This document shows, piece after piece, positions 12,273 to 27,045 of a stretch of DNA of 64,000 nucleotides (position 1 is the first letter of the stretch; each line of letters begins with the position of its first letter). This DNA comes from Trichinella spiralis (lineage: Eukaryota), in assembly GCF_000181795.1 (NCBI RefSeq), contig NW_003526941.1, positions 310,001 through 374,000 of the forward strand. The letters run 5' to 3'. The notes under the pieces were generated by a model. That model was not told the DNA's origin, searched no databases, and saw nothing but the letters and a program-made list of their open reading frames with translations. The position numbers were made by a program, and so were the translations under genes.

Positions 12273-13131
12273 AAAGTGTCTTTTCAAATCAATTATATAG
12301 CCGACAGTACATACAAAATATAATCGTAATTCAACAATAATAGTGTGCTATAAAACGTCGGTATTAAATTAGTGATTAATATTTCTAAAATGCTTCAAAT
12401 GATTTAAAAATATTTTTATCAAAAAATTGCTCTTTACTTAAAATTATTTGATCTGTGAGAACTGAAATTTTATATTTCAATAGATTTTCTCTTCATTTCT
12501 TTTAAAAGTTCAGTCATTTTTCTTGAGACATTTGTCACTTCAGTGAATAAAAATTTCATGATATGCGCATGTTGAATGTGGAATGTTTTCAAGTAGTCAT
12601 TTCATAAGTGATGTAACATATTTATATTAAATTGTTAAGAGTATTATTGAATTTGGAAAGAAAATAAGCAAGTCCATCAATTCTCGATACACGCGTTCAC
12701 TCGCTTGATGCGTTTGTCAAAAAAAGAAGAAAAAACAACCCAACAGCAATGCAATGAAATAGTTATGGATTTTTTCATGATCAAAGGCAGACAGATAAAT
12801 GAAGAAGATGAAAAAACATTATATATGCCTTATTGGGAACAGAATTTACAACCGTGATCACCAGAACAGTTAACCATTGCGGCTTTCGATGATTTGTGAT
12901 TTGCTGGCATTTCTGCAATTCCATGCTCAAGTTGTATAATTGATCAAGTAAAGAATTTAATGACATGAGAATACACAACACCAAAGCAGAACTGAAAGCG
13001 TTAATGGTTGAAAAATCAATGATTTATCATCTGCAATAAGAGAAAGTACATTAATACTAGAAATATTTTAAAAAGTAATGCTGACAATTTTCTTGTGCAA
13101 GTAATATAGCAGAAAATAGTAAGTAATATGT

Positions 13132-15045
13132 TCAGAAACCGAGAAGTCTGCTTCCATCTTCGTAAAGTTCAGCAAGTCTCAACAGTATGAAATGCTTAGC
13201 CTGTTCGTCGTCGGCTAACATTTCAATGCACTCTTCCAATAAAAAAACAAAAGATGTTACGGCAGTGTATGCAAATGCAGTTTGAAAAATGTTTTTAACT
13301 TGTAAATATGAAACAGTCAGCTTATCGCCAGCAAAACTTTTCAGACGATTATAGTAAAACTGTAATACAGTTTCCATGTACTTACGACGCAACGTTGTAG
13401 ATGTGCTGATGTCAAAGAGGCGACGCAAATCATTGCAAAAAGAACCACGATGTGCAAACTGCCAGTCGATAATTCCTTTTATGGAGTTTCCAGCCAGACC
13501 ATCGTCATTTTGAAAAAAGAAAATATTGCTAACCCACAAATCCCCATGAACCAAAACTTCTCCAATTAATTCAGTGTTGCAATCAAGCATCTGTTATATA
13601 GATAATTTCTCAACTATATTATTTATTATAAAATATAACTACTGTCTTGAACTCGTTCAAAAAAAAATTTAAAGAAAACAACGACAAATCATCCATGTTC
13701 ACAAGCACAGTGTAAATTAGCATAATTTTAAAAGTATTCAATACTTGAATTAAATTAAATTAAATTAAATTACACAATAATTAATGCATTGCTGATTGAA
13801 ATAGTAAAAGAAAAATATACATAATTGATAAAAAAAATTACCTTTGAGATGCTTTTCAAATTCAACATTTCTTTCACTTTTTCTACATTTACAGAAGAAA
13901 AATATTGAGAATAAGAGTGAACAATTTCATCGACTTTATCGGATATATTGTCAAAATATTGCTCTATGCCAGCTAGCAATGTTTCGCTTGTTGGCAAATT
14001 CGTCTTCCAGTCAACATCAGTGGTCAGTGACCATGCATGAAGCTGAGCCAAAGCGCCGGCTAATTCCAACAACTGTTCAAATTTTAAACCTGACGACAAA
14101 TTCACAGTCCTTCCATCATTGTTCAAATCTTCCATAATAATGATAGGAGGTTTATCACAGCCTATAACCTGCTCATCATGCGTACACTAATTACTGCAGT
14201 GGATAATGTCACGAATGTAAAAAAAACAAACAAACAAATTAACAGCATATACATGCGCATGCATACATACAAAAATAGATATGCGTGTGTGTGCAGATTT
14301 AAAAATAATTTACCTACGGGCCAACAAGCATAGCATTTTGGCACAGGTACATTCACTGCATGGTCGGTGAACAATTTATAAACTGTGCATTCAACGTTGT
14401 GCATGACAGGCAGTGGATTGCTTTTACCTTTCAACGAAGATTGAACCCGTTGCAATACTCGTTCCCATCGCTTTTCTTCAAGCATTTTCACAATTACCGA
14501 ACTTGGCAAATTTACAACTTCACTACAAAGCCAATTACAAAAATAAATTTTATTTTCAGCAGAAAAAAATTTTACATCGAGCAGCTCAATTTATAGTTAT
14601 GAAAATAATAATTATATAGCAAATAAAATGAGGCAACAATTTCAATCGACAAACACAACATTCTGAAATGATTCATTCAACTTTACCTTTGCTAATGCAA
14701 AAAATAAATTTGAAAATAGTCCATATTGCAAATTGATTGATTGATTGATTGATAAAGAATATTGCATTAAAGGAAACAAATAAACAAATAATAAACGGTA
14801 TATTTGCCGTTCTGAATTTACCTATTGCACCTCTGCTGACATGCCCATTGTAATTGTACTTGAATGAGATAAGACAAGAAACCGGTATGCTCTCCAATAG
14901 AAGTCGCGGTGAGTGATAGCAGATGACAGTTGTTTGAATCAAATTTGAAATAATCTTTAAGTGCTTCATAAATGTCCCATCCAGTAACTGAAGATTTGCA
15001 CAAATTGTCTTTCAAAAACACGTCATCGACAAAAACTTTTTCCAT
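13132..15045 (-). CDS. Choline/aminoglycoside kinase-like small-molecule kinase (CHK/EcKL/DUF1679 type; 4 exons: 15045-14822, 14522-14314, 14161-13842, 13590-13132; 403 aa)
   Basis: IGEHTGFLS, LPSSVIVK, HNVECTVY, IIMEDL, LAQLHAWS, the Brenner motif VLVHGDLWVSNIFF and IIDWQ..H.G...DL. Exon phases agree (1212 nt). Confidence 0.88.
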
Positions 15046-16892
15046 GTGAATATTTCTATAAAATAATAAAATTTCAAATTGCAGAAATTGTTGAATATGA
15101 ATTTATTGTTTTGCGTGGAAAAAGTTTAATTATATGCAATAAGCATCAGAAGAAGCAGAAACAATCACAACAACAACAACAAAATCAAACAAATAATGTT
15201 ATATAATAACCATTGTAAACATTAATGATTGTTACAACAGGAAAAGTACTCCAGCATCAGTGCTTAATCAATTCAACCACCATACTGTGTCAGGGATGCC
15301 AAGTAGGATACAAATTATCAAAAAAAGAGAAAATCATAAAAGCAATCAATCTGTCATATCACGTAAGATTATTTAGAAATATAAAATACACAGAATTCTA
15401 ATTAAAATTTTACATACTACTTTGATTGCAATTGTGCAATGGAAACGGATTAGCAGTATTAAATAAATTGAATATAATTTCTTCGAATTTCTTATCACAT
15501 GAAATGAGCAATGGACAATTTTCTTCTAATTTTGAATGTGAATATAAAAAATTTTCAATATTAAATCTCAACTTTTAATATTGCCGTTTGATTTCAAATG
15601 ACGACACATAAAATGGAAAAATTGTCTGAATTTTTAAAAGCATGAAAAAAAATACAACCAATAAACAGAATTGGCAGTGAACACAAGAATAAATATCTGT
15701 CAGCTTTTGAACGACATCAACAAAGCTAAAAAGAAAAAAATCGAAACTTTTCTCTTTTCGACAACATCACCACCACCAACCACAGCCGCAAATAATATAA
15801 TAATAATACTCTCTGTGTGCTCGCGGTAACCAACATCCCCCCCCCCACACAGACATGCATCCCCCTCATACACAAGCAAATATCTTTCATAAAATGGATT
15901 TTTGGTAAATTTCTATCATTTGTCAATTTTGTTCGTTTAAATTCCATCCATGTCTATATGTTATGATGTTCAGGGTTCGATTTTCATTTCTAGATGTATA
16001 ATAATTGATTGAACTGCTGAATTTTGTATACGTAACAGCATTTGTTGCACCACAACAACTTATTTACTCTTATAACGAATCATCACTTTTATTACATGCG
16101 ACAAAATCAACAACACTGCTGCAAATTTCCATTCAATTTTCAAAGTAAGTAAAAATATATATATATTTGAAAAAATTATACATTTTTTGTTTAAATTTAA
16201 ATATAAAACTTTCACTGCTAAAAATTATCCATTCCATACGTTGGAGGAAAGAGTGCAAAATCTGCACATTTGGATGAACAATTAGAAGAATATTTTCAGC
16301 ATATAATAGCAATTATGTTGCAAATAATTTGTTGCAAATATAAAAATCGATAGTCAGAAAAGCAAAGCGGAAATTCAGTGTTTTACACATGTAAACATAA
16401 AAATCACATCTAATAACAACACACTAATTGTATTTCAGACAATTTCAATTTTCCCAATCAATGCACCATTTGCATCTTTCGTTCGATCATTGAGCTTTTC
16501 GGAAATATCACACATTTATTATTCCTACTCATTTCAATTTATTAAAAGAAAATTTATCTTTCACTATCTTTATCAAAAATTTCACATTATAATATCAACG
16601 GAAGATATCAAATGTACTAAAAACAGAGATAATGAGCAATTGTCAATTTTTGAATATTTAATTTTTTCACTCTTTACAAATTTCATATTATGCCTACAAC
16701 TATTGATTCCAATTTATTAAATCTGATAAAACAATAAACACACGTGCAAGATTGTTGTTTGAAATCAATGCTTAAAGTTCAGTTTTATTCAGCTTCAAAA
16801 AATACATATATCAGTTATTAAAGTTCAAATAAATTTATTTATTTTTTTAAAACAACTATCCAAATTAAATTCATCAAGAAAATAAAATCAAC

Positions 16893-16896
<4 letters not shown>

Positions 16897-16977
<81 letters not shown>
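16897..16977. repeat. (CA)n microsatellite, about 40 units
   Basis: Uninterrupted AC dinucleotide run read directly from the sequence. Confidence 0.98.
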
Positions 16978-16987
<10 letters not shown>

Positions 16988-19275
16988 CAAACACATGTTA
17001 AAGGCTATATGCGTTTCCATTTTGCATACTTGAACAATTCTAATCCAATAAACAATGTTACAACCAAAATTGCAAGGCAAGGAGGAAATGACAATTGGAA
17101 ATTTCCTTCAAAAATAATTAAATAAAATACCCACAAATTTCAGGCGTTCAATTTTAACCTCAACTGAATATTTGCTTCAGTAATTGAATAATATACTAAC
17201 TACTATGAATAAGAAAATAACAAAAACGAAACCAGCATTCACTAAAACGAACCAATCGATTTATTTATTGATAATAAATAATTAAAATGATATACTCATT
17301 TATCAAAAATAATTCTACAGTTAGGTTTAGCATCATATTCTCAATTGAATTCTCTTCATTGGTATAATTCATGCAAAAATTAGACACAATGAAGTTTAAC
17401 GGGTTTAAAAATCTCAAGTTGTTCAAAAAAGAAAAATTTTCAACCTCTACCTTCTTTATCTTCTCTACAGTAATACATTCACGTATAATTTACTTAAAAA
17501 TATTAAAAATAATTAAAAAAATATATAGTTCAGTTTATTTATTTCCATTTACAACAACAGCATACTATCCAACAAGCATAAATGAACGAATGCTTTGTAT
17601 TTAATAAAAAAAAATGAAATGAACAATTTTGAATTAATAAATCGTAAAAGGTTATAAAAATTTCAGTTGTGCACAATTGAAATGATTGCGTAAGCGAAGA
17701 AATGGAATAATTACCCCAGAATTGAACTTAGAATGACACGATGACCGTGATCATCACATGCTGAAGTGAAATCTGAACTTCAAATCAGAATATCTATGTC
17801 GAAGGGTGAAGCAAACTGCTCTTCATCAAACCAAACTGAACCAATAAACAAGTTCCCATTTTATTAAATACATGATCACTAAAAAGCACAGAAGCTGCAG
17901 TCACAAAGGTCACTACGAAATGGTTGTTCAGAGAACAAATATCCTACATTAAATTAAATTATATTTCAAAAAAAAACTGAAAATAATAATAAAATGGCAA
18001 AGCATGAAGATATTTCAATGGGAATATTCTTTCACAATTTAATCTTTAATATTCTATCGTTCGATGCAATTTACGTTAAGATTTTTGGGTTTTCTTTTCA
18101 AATAAAGTACATTTCGAATATCTGCAGTATACGAATTTTGAAAAATTCATTAATTACCACAAATATATTTAAAAATTCATTTCTGATTAATAAATAAAAA
18201 TTGGAAAATTTTTTCTTTAAAGTTGTTGGTTGAACCGAATATTAACTGCCCATTTTTCCAGTTTCTTTGATATACTGCAAAACTGGTAATAAAAATGAAT
18301 AAAGAGGAACAAACAAATGAATGGAATAAACGAGTGCAAAGCTAGGCTAGCTGTTCAAAGCATTTTGACGCTTGAAAAAGCAAAAACGTCAACAAAATCA
18401 AATTGCCTTATTTCAGCAGCTGGATCGTTCCCAACAACGCCTCACAATTTAAAACTGTAAAAACAGAAATGCAAAATTGCAGCTGAAACTTGTTCTCAAC
18501 AACTGACAAACAACAACAACAACATGAAATAAATAATAAGTACAATTAATTATACATAAATAAATAATAGGAAAATTAATCAAATTATATTTGAATAATA
18601 ATCAATAATTCATCAAGATCATTAGTAGTATAGCAGATACATAAGCAGTTAAACAATATGAGATCTCTCAAAGTTATAATGATGAAAGAGAATCATTATT
18701 TTTAAAAACAAATCTGTATCTGACTCAAAAAAACAATAATAATAATAAATTAAATAAAAAAATTCATAAAATATGATGATAACTGAGTGCATTTGAAGAC
18801 TTGTCCGTTGCTTGAAGACAACATTTCAAAATAACACCCACGTAGACACACACACACACACCCATGAGCACACAAAAATGCAGATGCGATTAGTTAGCTG
18901 TTTACAGTAAAAACAAACAACAACGCATCAAAGTAGCCTATTCAAATAGTGATGCATACAACACGGGTAAAATATATTTATGATATGAAAATGGGAAAAA
19001 AAAGAAAATATAAAAAAAAAACTTATAACATTTATACATACGTACGTACGTACGTACGTATGTATAAATGTGAAAAAGCATAGATGCATACATGATAAAT
19101 GCAATAGAAGCAATAATAATAATAATAAATTGTGAAAAATGAGGCGAAGAAATTTAAGTAAAAATAGGAGAAATAGGAAAATTTAAAAATCCTGTTCAAA
19201 ACGTCGCCAGCTTGTTTGTTGGCTAGACTTGAAAGCGCGGCGTGCGTAAAAGACTGGTTTTGGTCAAGTTGTGCA

Positions 19276-19372
19276 ACAGCAGCAGCCGCAGCAATAGCAG
19301 CATCAGCATCAACAGCAGCAGCGGCAGCGGCAGCAGCATCACTATACAGACACACACACACACACACACACA
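19276..19372. repeat. Imperfect (CAG/GCA)n tract followed by (CA)n
   Basis: Seen directly; it produces the spurious poly-Ala ORFs on both strands. Confidence 0.9.
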
Positions 19373-22300
19373 TAAACACACAGTTCATTGCCATTCTGTT
19401 CTCCTATTCTACACATTATCTAACATATGCAATTGCTAACATCTATTTTGCTTTGAAGCAGAAAGAAATCAAAATTTTAATATATCTATAACTATTATTA
19501 TTAACGAACAACCACATCTACTACAACACCAACGACATTCATCTACTGACAGCCAATATTATTACATTTATAAAAATTAAATTGTAAGTACACTTCTTTT
19601 CATATTCATATTTATTTACTTATACATACATTATATATATATTCTATTTACTTTCTTCTCACCTTATCAATATACTACATCCAAACTGGATTTTTGAATT
19701 TCAAGGTGATAATTCTCATTTTTCACACTTATTACATCACTTACTTCACTTTATATTTAAAAATATAATAATAATTTAAATTTTAAAAACTGACATTAGT
19801 GATTATTACAAAAATGATTACAATAATTACACTATGACATACTCCGCATCTATCTGTCCATCCGTTCGTCTCTGCTTGTAAAATTATTATATAGCACTGC
19901 TACTTCAACCAATGCAACAACTGGTCGCTCAAAAACTTGTAAATCGTCTTCACACTCCAATTCAATATATATATATATATATATATTACTTGCAGTTCAG
20001 TTTCATCAAGATCATAATTATATATACCTGTTGAAAGAAAACTTTATCATAATTTTATAAATTTCAAATCAATTTTCACAAAATTCAAATAATAACATAA
20101 CTTTTGTCATCCAACTTTTTGCAATGATGAACAACTTCCTAAATGTTCGACAATAAAAAAAAATTGGTACATATTTAAACTATTCTTGTTTTCTTTTTGA
20201 AATGCACATCCATTATGCATAAATAATATTTGTATAGTACTGAATATTGTATGACATATTTTTTATTGTAATTTTTAAACATAACCATCTCATCACGCGC
20301 ATATTGTAAAAAAAAATTCCCCTGTCCAACATTGAAAGTAAAAATGCATAAATAATTTTGAATAATGAGAAACAGATCGCTCGCTGGCCTGAAAAAACAA
20401 TTTTCACTTTCACCAAAACTGTGTTAACAATGCAATAAAACTCAAGCTGACGATAACAATTAAACTTTCCGTTTCCAATTTTATTAAGCAAAAAATACAA
20501 ACATGTATGTATATTTCTTATAATTCATTATATAAAAATGATAATTTGTTATATGAAAAGCATATTGGAAGAAGGGAAAGTTTTTCTTTTTCTTTTGTAA
20601 ATATTACATTATTGTTCAGTTATTTAAAAAAAGCAAATTCAATTAAAAAAGAAATATCAAATTTGCAATTTAACATTTTCTTCTTGTCAGTCTCGATCCT
20701 TATGGACAAAAATTATTTATTACAATTATTATCACAGTCCAACTGTCATCTTCATCTAACTATTCGCGTCAACCAAACAGCATAACGTCGATTTCATCAC
20801 TGTGCGATAATTTTGAAGTGTAAATTTCTATTGTATATTGACTTTAGCGTTCGATCAGACTGCTTGCTAACGTACTATCATCATGTGATGCTAGCAACGT
20901 CAACATACATACATACATACTTTTATGTATATACACTACTTTTTAGCGCATTAGCTTTGATCTTACAGTTTCGTATTTGCATTTCTTACAAAAATAATTC
21001 ATTTTACAAAATTTCTTTAGAACAAAAAAATCTAAATGTACGTTTTTTTTGTTTTTCCAATTTATGAATTAATTTAAAATATATAATAATAAACAAACTA
21101 ATTGTGATCATATTAAATTTAGAAAATTGATAGAAAACAGACAAAATCAAGATCAATAAGTAATAAAAATAAAATTCATATATCTTGAATAACATTTGCG
21201 GTTGCAAGATCAACAGCTTCTCAAATAGCCGATTAAATTGAACAATTAATCCCGATAGGTGTATTGTATTTGACATGAAAGACACTATCCATCTCAGAAC
21301 TGCAAGTACAGTAACCGTAGATAAACTATTTATAATGCATAAATTACATTTGTGAATCAATAAACAAATGTTCAACAATAGATAAAATAATAATAATAAT
21401 AATAGTATAAATTCAACAACATACATAATTTGTATTATTAGACTCCCGGACGCCGACAATAAACTGTTCTCACTCGCAATTTGGATAAATAATTTCCGCT
21501 ATTACTACTACTACCACTGTTGTTGTTATTGAAATCAGGAAAGCAATTTTATTCCCTCGTTTTTTTAAAAAAAACTTATTTCAAACATAAATGTAAGTTT
21601 TTTATTTTTCTATTACAAATGCTAAAACATGATTATGCAAAATTCTCTGCTGCCCAAGGGGAGAATGAAAAACCACTTTTTACAATAAATCACTATTCAT
21701 TCGTGTCAATAAAAATATTTTAAAATCAAATTCCACAAACTAAATTGTTAAATATTACCAACAAAAAGTTAAACTTAAATAATATTGGCATCACAAGCAT
21801 TCAAGTCATTTAATTAAAATGCAACCAAATAAGTGAAAACCGAATGACATTTATGTAATATTTTCTGCCTCCCTCGCCCTTTTAATTCTTAGCATACTGA
21901 TAAAGAAGACTTCGTTTGAAGCAATCGTCTTAAATTTAAAACTTTGAAGTAAGCTATTTTCAAAGAGAAAAGAACGAAAATAAAAAACAACCTGGTGACG
22001 TCAACAGTTATTAGCAAATTTAAAATGATCAGCTTATCTTAAGGCAATACCCAAGGTGAGAAATAAATGAATGTATGAATCAAGATAGCAGTGAAAACCA
22101 AAATAAACAGTCACATTGTTATTGATTTCATTTGATTTATCATCATCATCATCATTTGCACATTTCTTTAAGTTTAATCTTTCTTGGTGTCTTAAAATTG
22201 GAATAAAAGTGGAGGATTGGAAAAAGAATATAAATTTAAAAAATTCACTCACTTATAAGGCAAACTGACTTGAAGCTGTTTTAAAATTAAAACATATAAC

Positions 22301-25300
22301 CGTTTAAGTCAATTATATTATTAACATTTAAAAATTTTCATGCCGATGTATGAACAACAATATTTAAACACAAAAAAATATATATATGCAAGCAAATGAT
22401 AAATAACTCCTTTTCACCTTAAGCAAACCATAACTTACACTTTTGCATCATTTATTATTTACAAAGAGGAAAGATTATTATCAGTAATTTTATTTTCTTA
22501 ATTCCAAAGAATAAATAATAATACGGATAACAAGTATGAAGAGTAAATTTCAAAAATATTCTGCGCGCAATGTAAAATATGTAAAAATGAAAAAATGAAA
22601 GCAAATTTATACGCTATAACCAATATTAGAGAGACGACATTTTTCCAAAATGAATAGTCAAATATCAAAAAATCAATTTGCTGCTGCTGTTGTTGTTTAT
22701 GCTTGTAAAAATGTAAAAACATGAATCACGAAATAGCATTGCTTAGTTGCTTCAATTTCAAACTTCATTATCAACTATTCAGTCTTCGAAATTCAACTTT
22801 ATTTCAGATCAAATAAAAAGTAAATAAATAAATATGATACAAATGCCAATTCTTACTTCCCACATCAAAATTTTCGACAATTTCTTGAACAATGTAAAAA
22901 TAATTAGATATTCATTCATTCGGTAAAGCAAGCAAACGTCACTACTAGAAGCTTGAAAACACATTTAAAATTAATGGTAAAATTTCAAATGTACTACAAC
23001 ATCATCTTACTACTCTGCATGATGTTTGTTACTTTTCCTTTTGCATGTGTCTGAATCGACTATTCTACTTATTTGCAAACATTATCATGCAAATCTGTCA
23101 TATTGTACTCGAACAGTTCATCATAATTATAAATATATACCATAATTGCATCCAAAAATTTACAGTGCACCTCATCTGAATTGGATTCATTACTTATTAG
23201 CAAGCACAATGAACTAACACTCTGTCTGAAAATAAATGAAGTAAAACCACTGGATAAGGTAAGATGCTTTCAAGAAAAAGATACTTTCAACAAAACTTCT
23301 TATGCTCTTTGCTAGAATTTCCAATGTCAATTCTAATTTTAATACAGTTTATCAATTTCAGAAATTTAATCTTCACCGTAATGATCATTTTTAACAAAAA
23401 TGCATTTAAATGAAACGTACAAAACAAGCATAAAAAACATGGCAATGTAGGTCGATTAAACAAACTGCTATATAATGCTTTTTCATTTTTGAAATTTCTT
23501 TTACTCATTTCATATTCATTAATCATTGGAAAATATTTTCCTACAATTTCTGCAAGCATTAAGCATCTTTTTATCCTCGTTACGAAAATATTACAATTAT
23601 TAATAATATGATCACATCAGAAGTTTATTACATCTAAGAAAATATGGCTAATATGAAAAGTTTCCAAATAAATCTCGATACAGATTGCTTATTTTTCATA
23701 AAATAGACATAACAGATGAAATGATCAATCACATGTTGAAAGCTGAAAGAAATTTCATAGCTTTCCATTTTCATTAATATTTAATTTGTATGTTTTCATT
23801 TCTGAACAAGTAAAACCCCACAAATTATAATTTGAAAATTCCCATTAAGCATCAAAATAAATTGTCACACTAGCAATTATTTCCAAAATTTCGTGCATCA
23901 TTTCAGGCTATTATAAACAGACAATTTTTCTTTTTTTTTGCAAATGAACTTATTAATATATGCTAAAAATTTTCAAATAAAGAATAACTATTTTCAATTC
24001 ACAATTCAATTTTAAACTGAATCTTTAATTGAAATTGTTGAGCATCGATTTGAAATAAAGTTCAAGCAAATAATACAAGATGAATTTAAATACCAACAGT
24101 AATTTGAATAAATTCAAACAGTAGAAATACGGTTCTATGTTGATACATGCATGTATATGTATACATATTCATACAATAAAGCAATATTTCAATAAAAATT
24201 CAACAAGTTGCATTTAACAATATCATATTAACGGTGGACGCGTTTGATTTAATTAAAATGATTCCAAACAGTACAAGATGCTATTCGATTTCGCAAAAAT
24301 AGCAACGGCAAATTGTAAATTAATTTAACACTTGATTATTGTTAACCGAAAGTTTAATGAACAACCATTTAGTAAACCATTACAATTAAATCATCATTAC
24401 TTAAATAATAACAAATATTTCACTGACACACACAGACACGCACAAATGTGAAGATTTCATTCATATAAAAATAGCACCTGTCAAAACTTGCATATACTCA
24501 TGAAAACGTGCTTTCTGAAACTAAGCAAAAAAAACATTTCACGAAAATTGATATGTCCATAGCAAAAGTTTTTTTGCTTCTTTTGATTATTCTGCAAAAA
24601 AATATATACACAGATACGTTTATCGTTTCTTAGCAATTGTTCACAAGTTGCTTTTCAAAAATTTCAAAATAAACAGCTGAAAAATAAGTACTCGCACATC
24701 TCAAGTGAAACTTATGCGAATGACTTTTTTAAAATTTCTTCTCATCATAAGCTACAAATTTAAAGGTGATGTGCATAAATAATTGAATTTGAAATTTTAC
24801 TTTGAATTTTATTTGAAACAAAAAACAGATTAAATTTCTCAAAATTTCGGTACATTAGTTATTTATTGTAAGATATTCGCCCAATTGTGTACTGAATGAT
24901 TACTACTGTTCAGTGAGTATTTTTCAAATCTAACCTTGACAATTACAACTATCTGCATTTCAATCTGAAAGTCAGTCAACAATTCTGATGTCTGAAACTT
25001 GATTTTATCGTTCACCTTGAACCGTAACATTGAATTTTTTCCTTTTAAACTGATCTGAAAATTTTCCTTCGTCAACATGGTTTTTAATACTTATTGAAAT
25101 TAATAAACAACTGTCATTCAATTGAATAAATAATTTTTGTAATAAATACTTTTAAATAATGAAAAAAAATCTTCAAAAAACGCTTCTCTACTGATATACA
25201 ACAAATTGCGCGCGTCATTTTATCAGCAACTTCACACTCTGACGCGTTTCAATCAACTACCAATCAACCAGCGCAACGAATCTCAGTTCTCAAAGTTGAC

Positions 25301-27045
25301 GTTGAATAAACTTGGCTAAGGTACATTTTATTCGAGTCGATATCAAAGTTTTCAGTTTGTCACGGCAAATTAAGGTAATTCGCGGCTGTCGAAAATGATT
25401 GCCTCTGCCGGTGGCCCTAATCGAATACATCTTTCAATGGTCAATATCCAGGCAATTACATCCGGCCAAGACAACTTCAGCTATTTATATGTTTTATCAT
25501 CAATTTCAAACAATTAATGTAGAAAATTATATTAACCTGCGCACAGTTCTGCTAAAAATATTCCCAGAGTACCAAAAAAAACGAAACGACTTCTAGCGAT
25601 AACAATTTCTCATTATCAACTGCCATTGTCATTCACACCAAGGTAATTTTGCTCTTTTTTTTTCTCTCATTTAATTGCTTCTATTAATCAAGTAATCAAT
25701 TAGTTGAAATTTGTCAAATTGTGATGCGCCTAATAAATAATTATTTAATCCTTACATATTTCACAGCATTGCTGTAAGTGTGAAAAATTATAAAACAGAA
25801 TTATTGTAACTTTACAAAAAACCCCAACTATAAACTAGTGGATCGCGTAGGAAATTGAAAAAAAAAACGTTATATACATAGTATCAAATTCTTCTTTCTT
25901 TGTAAATAAAGTGTTGGAGTGTTTTAATTTTTGTCCAATAAATAACAAAAGTTGTAAAGTTAATTGCAGAAAACAAGAAATTGTTCTATTAAACAAGTCA
26001 TAAACGTGATTTTCTTGTCGGTGTGCTCTACAGTAACGCAAAAAATTCGGAACAACAAAGGAAAGTTTAAAATCGTTGACTACAGATTAAAATTATTATC
26101 ACTATTGACGTTCTTCATGGTCATTCAACGTTAAGAATGGAAAATTTCTACGAATATAAAAACTCTAATTCTAAACGTTATTGATGATATTTTGAGAGAA
26201 GAGTTGACAATAAAAGCGAAAAATGATCATTTACGCTGCACTCAGAACACGGTTATTGTTAATGTATAAAATACTAATAATAATAATAATAATAAAACAC
26301 TTACCAGTATGTAGAGCTTGTTGAAATAAATTGAAAAAAGAATGCAAATATTAAAGCAACAAACAGCTACAAAGAAAATTGTGGAAGAAATAAAATAAAT
26401 GTTTTACCAATTGAATATTTTACATTTATTTGATTTTCAAGCAAGTTAGTTTCAAATTGACCCAATTTACTTTTCAAAAATTTTAAAAATTTTAAATTAC
26501 ATTTATCATTCTTTTGTTATTATTTTTTTGTAATTTAATAACTTTTTTAAATATAATAAACTAATTTCATCATGAATTTTGCAAATTTTCAAATTACAGT
26601 TCTTATTTATCTTTATATTTCAGAGGGTGAAATTGATAATCATGTTGTTACTTGGTGATAAAACTTTAGGAAAATAAAAAGATTTAAATTGCGATGTATA
26701 GCATATTTTTAAATATCTATTTTTAGTATGTTAAAAAGTGGGAAAGAAAAGTTTTTTTTTAGAATGACTTGAATTTTCATGCTTATTTTTGATGAACAAA
26801 TGAATAATTTGCATTGATTGAATGAAAATAATTTCAAGAATTTGTTGATATTTGATATTTTACGTAATAAGAGAAGAAAAATTAATGGATAAAATTTGAA
26901 ATAATATTCGTTTTTTGTTTATCTTTGCTATTTTTAGATCTTTTGATAGAATAAGAAGAAAGTAGTACTGTAGAATAGAAAAGAAAAAGTGGATTTTAAA
27001 TATAGAGAAAATAAAAAAAATCAAGTTAATAAGAAGAAGAAAAAT

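Noticed and set aside
17745..17780. Possible C/D-box snoRNA (GATGA...CTGA...CTGA)
   Set aside because: Too short, the C box is imperfect and there is no guide evidence.
19032..19491. Poly-Ala ORFs on both strands
   Set aside because: They are translations of CAG/GCA and CA microsatellites, with no other coding signal.
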